A stretch of DNA of 64,000 nucleotides from Heteronotia binoei (taxonomy: Eukaryota). The position numbers were made by a program, and so were the translations under genes. The notes under the pieces were generated by a model. The model saw nothing but the letters and a program-made list of their open reading frames with translations, was not told the DNA's origin and did not search any database. Shown piece by piece: positions 61,975 to 64,000 of this stretch. The stretch lies in the NCBI RefSeq assembly GCF_032191835.1, contig NC_083227.1, forward strand, positions 119,846,001 through 119,910,000, in the 5' to 3' direction. Every line of letters starts with the position of its first letter. Position 1 is the stretch's first letter.

Positions 61975-62400
61975 CAAATGTGGAGTTACCCTTTAAGACA
62001 ATGAAAAAGTTACAACTGATTCAAAACACAGCAGCTTGATTGTTGATGGGAATGAAGTATTACATCTGTACACACCCAATTATTTGATTTTACGGTGGCT
62101 GCCCATCTGCTCGCAAGTTCAATTCAAGGTGCTCGTTTTAACCTGCAGAGCTTTTCATAACCAGAGACCTTCATAGCTTTTGCTCCACCTTTCTACATAT
62201 ATACTCATGCAGAAATTTCAATCATCTTCCCAGCCTACTGGTTTGCTGGACTTGGGATCTTAGAGGTTTGGTTCCTTCCTGTTTTATTGTCTTGAGTGAT
62301 ATTTTAATCAGGACAGACTGTTTTAAATTTTGTTATGCAAAGCCCTTAAATATGGCTTTTGGGGGAAAAGCAGGATATAAATATTTTACATAAATGCTAT
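61975..62400 (+). mobile_element. L2 3' fragment
   Basis: LPFKTMKKLQLIQNTAA and WLPICSQVQFKVLVLTCRA motifs, followed by a tail. Confidence 0.65.
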
Positions 62401-62699
62401 CTTTAAACATTTAGAAACTTGGTATCATCATAGTTGGGAAGAATCATGTAGCTCACCTTCACACTGAAAATATCACTTTGAGATTAAAAGGTGTTCATGG
62501 ATAGAAAGATTATAAATCAGATAACAGGACTGAAACTGTAGATAGATGGTAGCTGTCATTTCATTAGATCTGGAACCAGGACTGTAACTTCTGTTTTCTG
62601 CTTTATTATCCTCCTGGTTAAAAAAAAAAAAAGATTTGTAATTTTGGATGTATCTATATCCTTGTTCTTAATTTTTGTGATTTGTTCAATTCTCAAAAT

Positions 62700-63480
62700 T
62701 TTCTTGCGTGCAGAGATGGGACCATCCTCAGACTCAGCCACACCACTGACCTCAGACTAGCCCAGCTTACTTGGGTAGGGTTAAACTTCTTAGTAGGAGC
62801 TCAGCTTCCCCAACATCATCAAAGGGGTGGACCCAATGCCACTACCAACCTCTATGAACAGGCTGGCATTGTATGTACCAACACTGCAGCCACCTAAAGA
62901 TCTGGAGCCATGGTGGGGACCAAGATTAGAGTAGGGAGGGAGCTGAGCCTTGATGCCAATCAATGAAGTCAATGAAGTAAGGAGCCAGGCACTATAACCA
63001 CAGATGTCTGCAGTGATTCCCCAGTGCCAGCTGATGGTGTCATTGGCCAGCATTGGAGAGAGCCCAGGCTTAGGCCACATGAGAGAATCTCCTAAGGCTG
63101 ATCAGATCTACCTAGAGGCAGTCAGCCCTGCCTCATTAGATACAGGGGGAAAGGATCCAGCCTGGCAGAGGCACAATACAGCTTAGAGGGAAGTAGATGC
63201 TGGGGGGAGAGCTGATGGAGTTAAAGGGGATGCCGTGCCCTAGGGCCAGGGTACTGGTTCAAGATGGACCAAAAGGGGTAGAACCAGAACTTTGGGAGGG
63301 ATATAAAAGAGGGACTCTAGTTAGGTGAGGAAGAGAAGGAGAGACAGGAAACCTGGCTTAGGGTTCCAGGGGCAAGAAGGGAAAATGTGAGGTGCTGAAA
63401 ACCCGTCTCCCAGCCCCTTTCTGAGGCTAGTGGAGACCTATGTAGTTGAATGTGATGGAGGAGAGTGAGGAAGTCACACT
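62700..63480 (+). mobile_element. Possible solo LTR-like sequence
   Basis: GC-richer block with TATAAAAGAGGG at 63302 followed by a purine-rich tract. TG...CA ends and TSD not identified. Confidence 0.3.
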
Positions 63481-63639
63481 AGCAGTAGAACAGTCACATC
63501 TAGATAAGACTCAGAAATGTTCATGTGTATTTAAAATAGGCATATGCTCACCTTTCTCCCATCATGTGTCTAAGGACCCAAGGGGATGATGATCAAAAAT
63601 AACATTCAGGCATTTCTTGGGAAGTCCTTTTCGTGTACT

Positions 63640-64000
63640 CCAATGTCTGAAATAGAGTGGAAAGCTATAAAAATAATGTCATGAATGCTATTCCTGCTAC
63701 AGCCTTGCTGAATTCAGATTAGAAATGTTGACTATGCTGGTAGGTCCTCAGAAGAAACTTAACCATGAGCCTTGAAAGCATAAATAGGTGGAAACTGAAG
63801 ACAAAAAGGGGGAGGTTTAGAACAGATTGAGCATGGGGAACTATCTAGAGAAATTTATGAAGTTCAGGATACAGGAGGTTGAAACCCTTGTTTAAACCTA
63901 TGGCCACACTAAAGAAGGCGGAGAATGGTTGTGATGAACCAGAATCATGATTGCATGTATAAAGAAATTGGAAAACAGAGAGGAAAGGTAGAACTGGCTG
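63640..64000 (+). mobile_element. Highly degenerate RTE-like fragment
   Basis: Weak similarity to the RTE endonuclease end and linker (LAEFRL...GLEQIE...IQEVE). Confidence 0.35.

Overview
Vertebrate genomic DNA, not prokaryotic. The repeat content (Sauria/Squam-type and 5S-derived SINEs, RTE-BovB, CR1, L2, non-mammalian L1, Penelope, hAT and Harbinger-like MITEs) points to a squamate reptile, probably a gecko (inference, not checked by search). The window is dominated by transposable elements. I could not name any host protein-coding gene. A CpG island with a TATA-like box and splice donors on both strands at about 37.2-38.3 kb marks a probable gene 5' end, and a few isolated exon candidates are listed at low confidence. 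Most interesting structures: (1) two independent L1 insertions with twin-priming-type 5' inversions; (2) a nested stack in which an L1 3'UTR sits in an L1 that splits a Penelope element; (3) a Penelope-derived fold-back carrying a minimal hammerhead ribozyme core; (4) an unclassified dispersed repeat present six times, five copies fused to an antisense SINE at the same end, carrying an RFX X-box motif; (5) CpG-rich Harbinger-like elements that look recently mobile, and a TE-borne ETS-CRE array near the promoter. All family names come from recognising motifs by eye; no database search was run.
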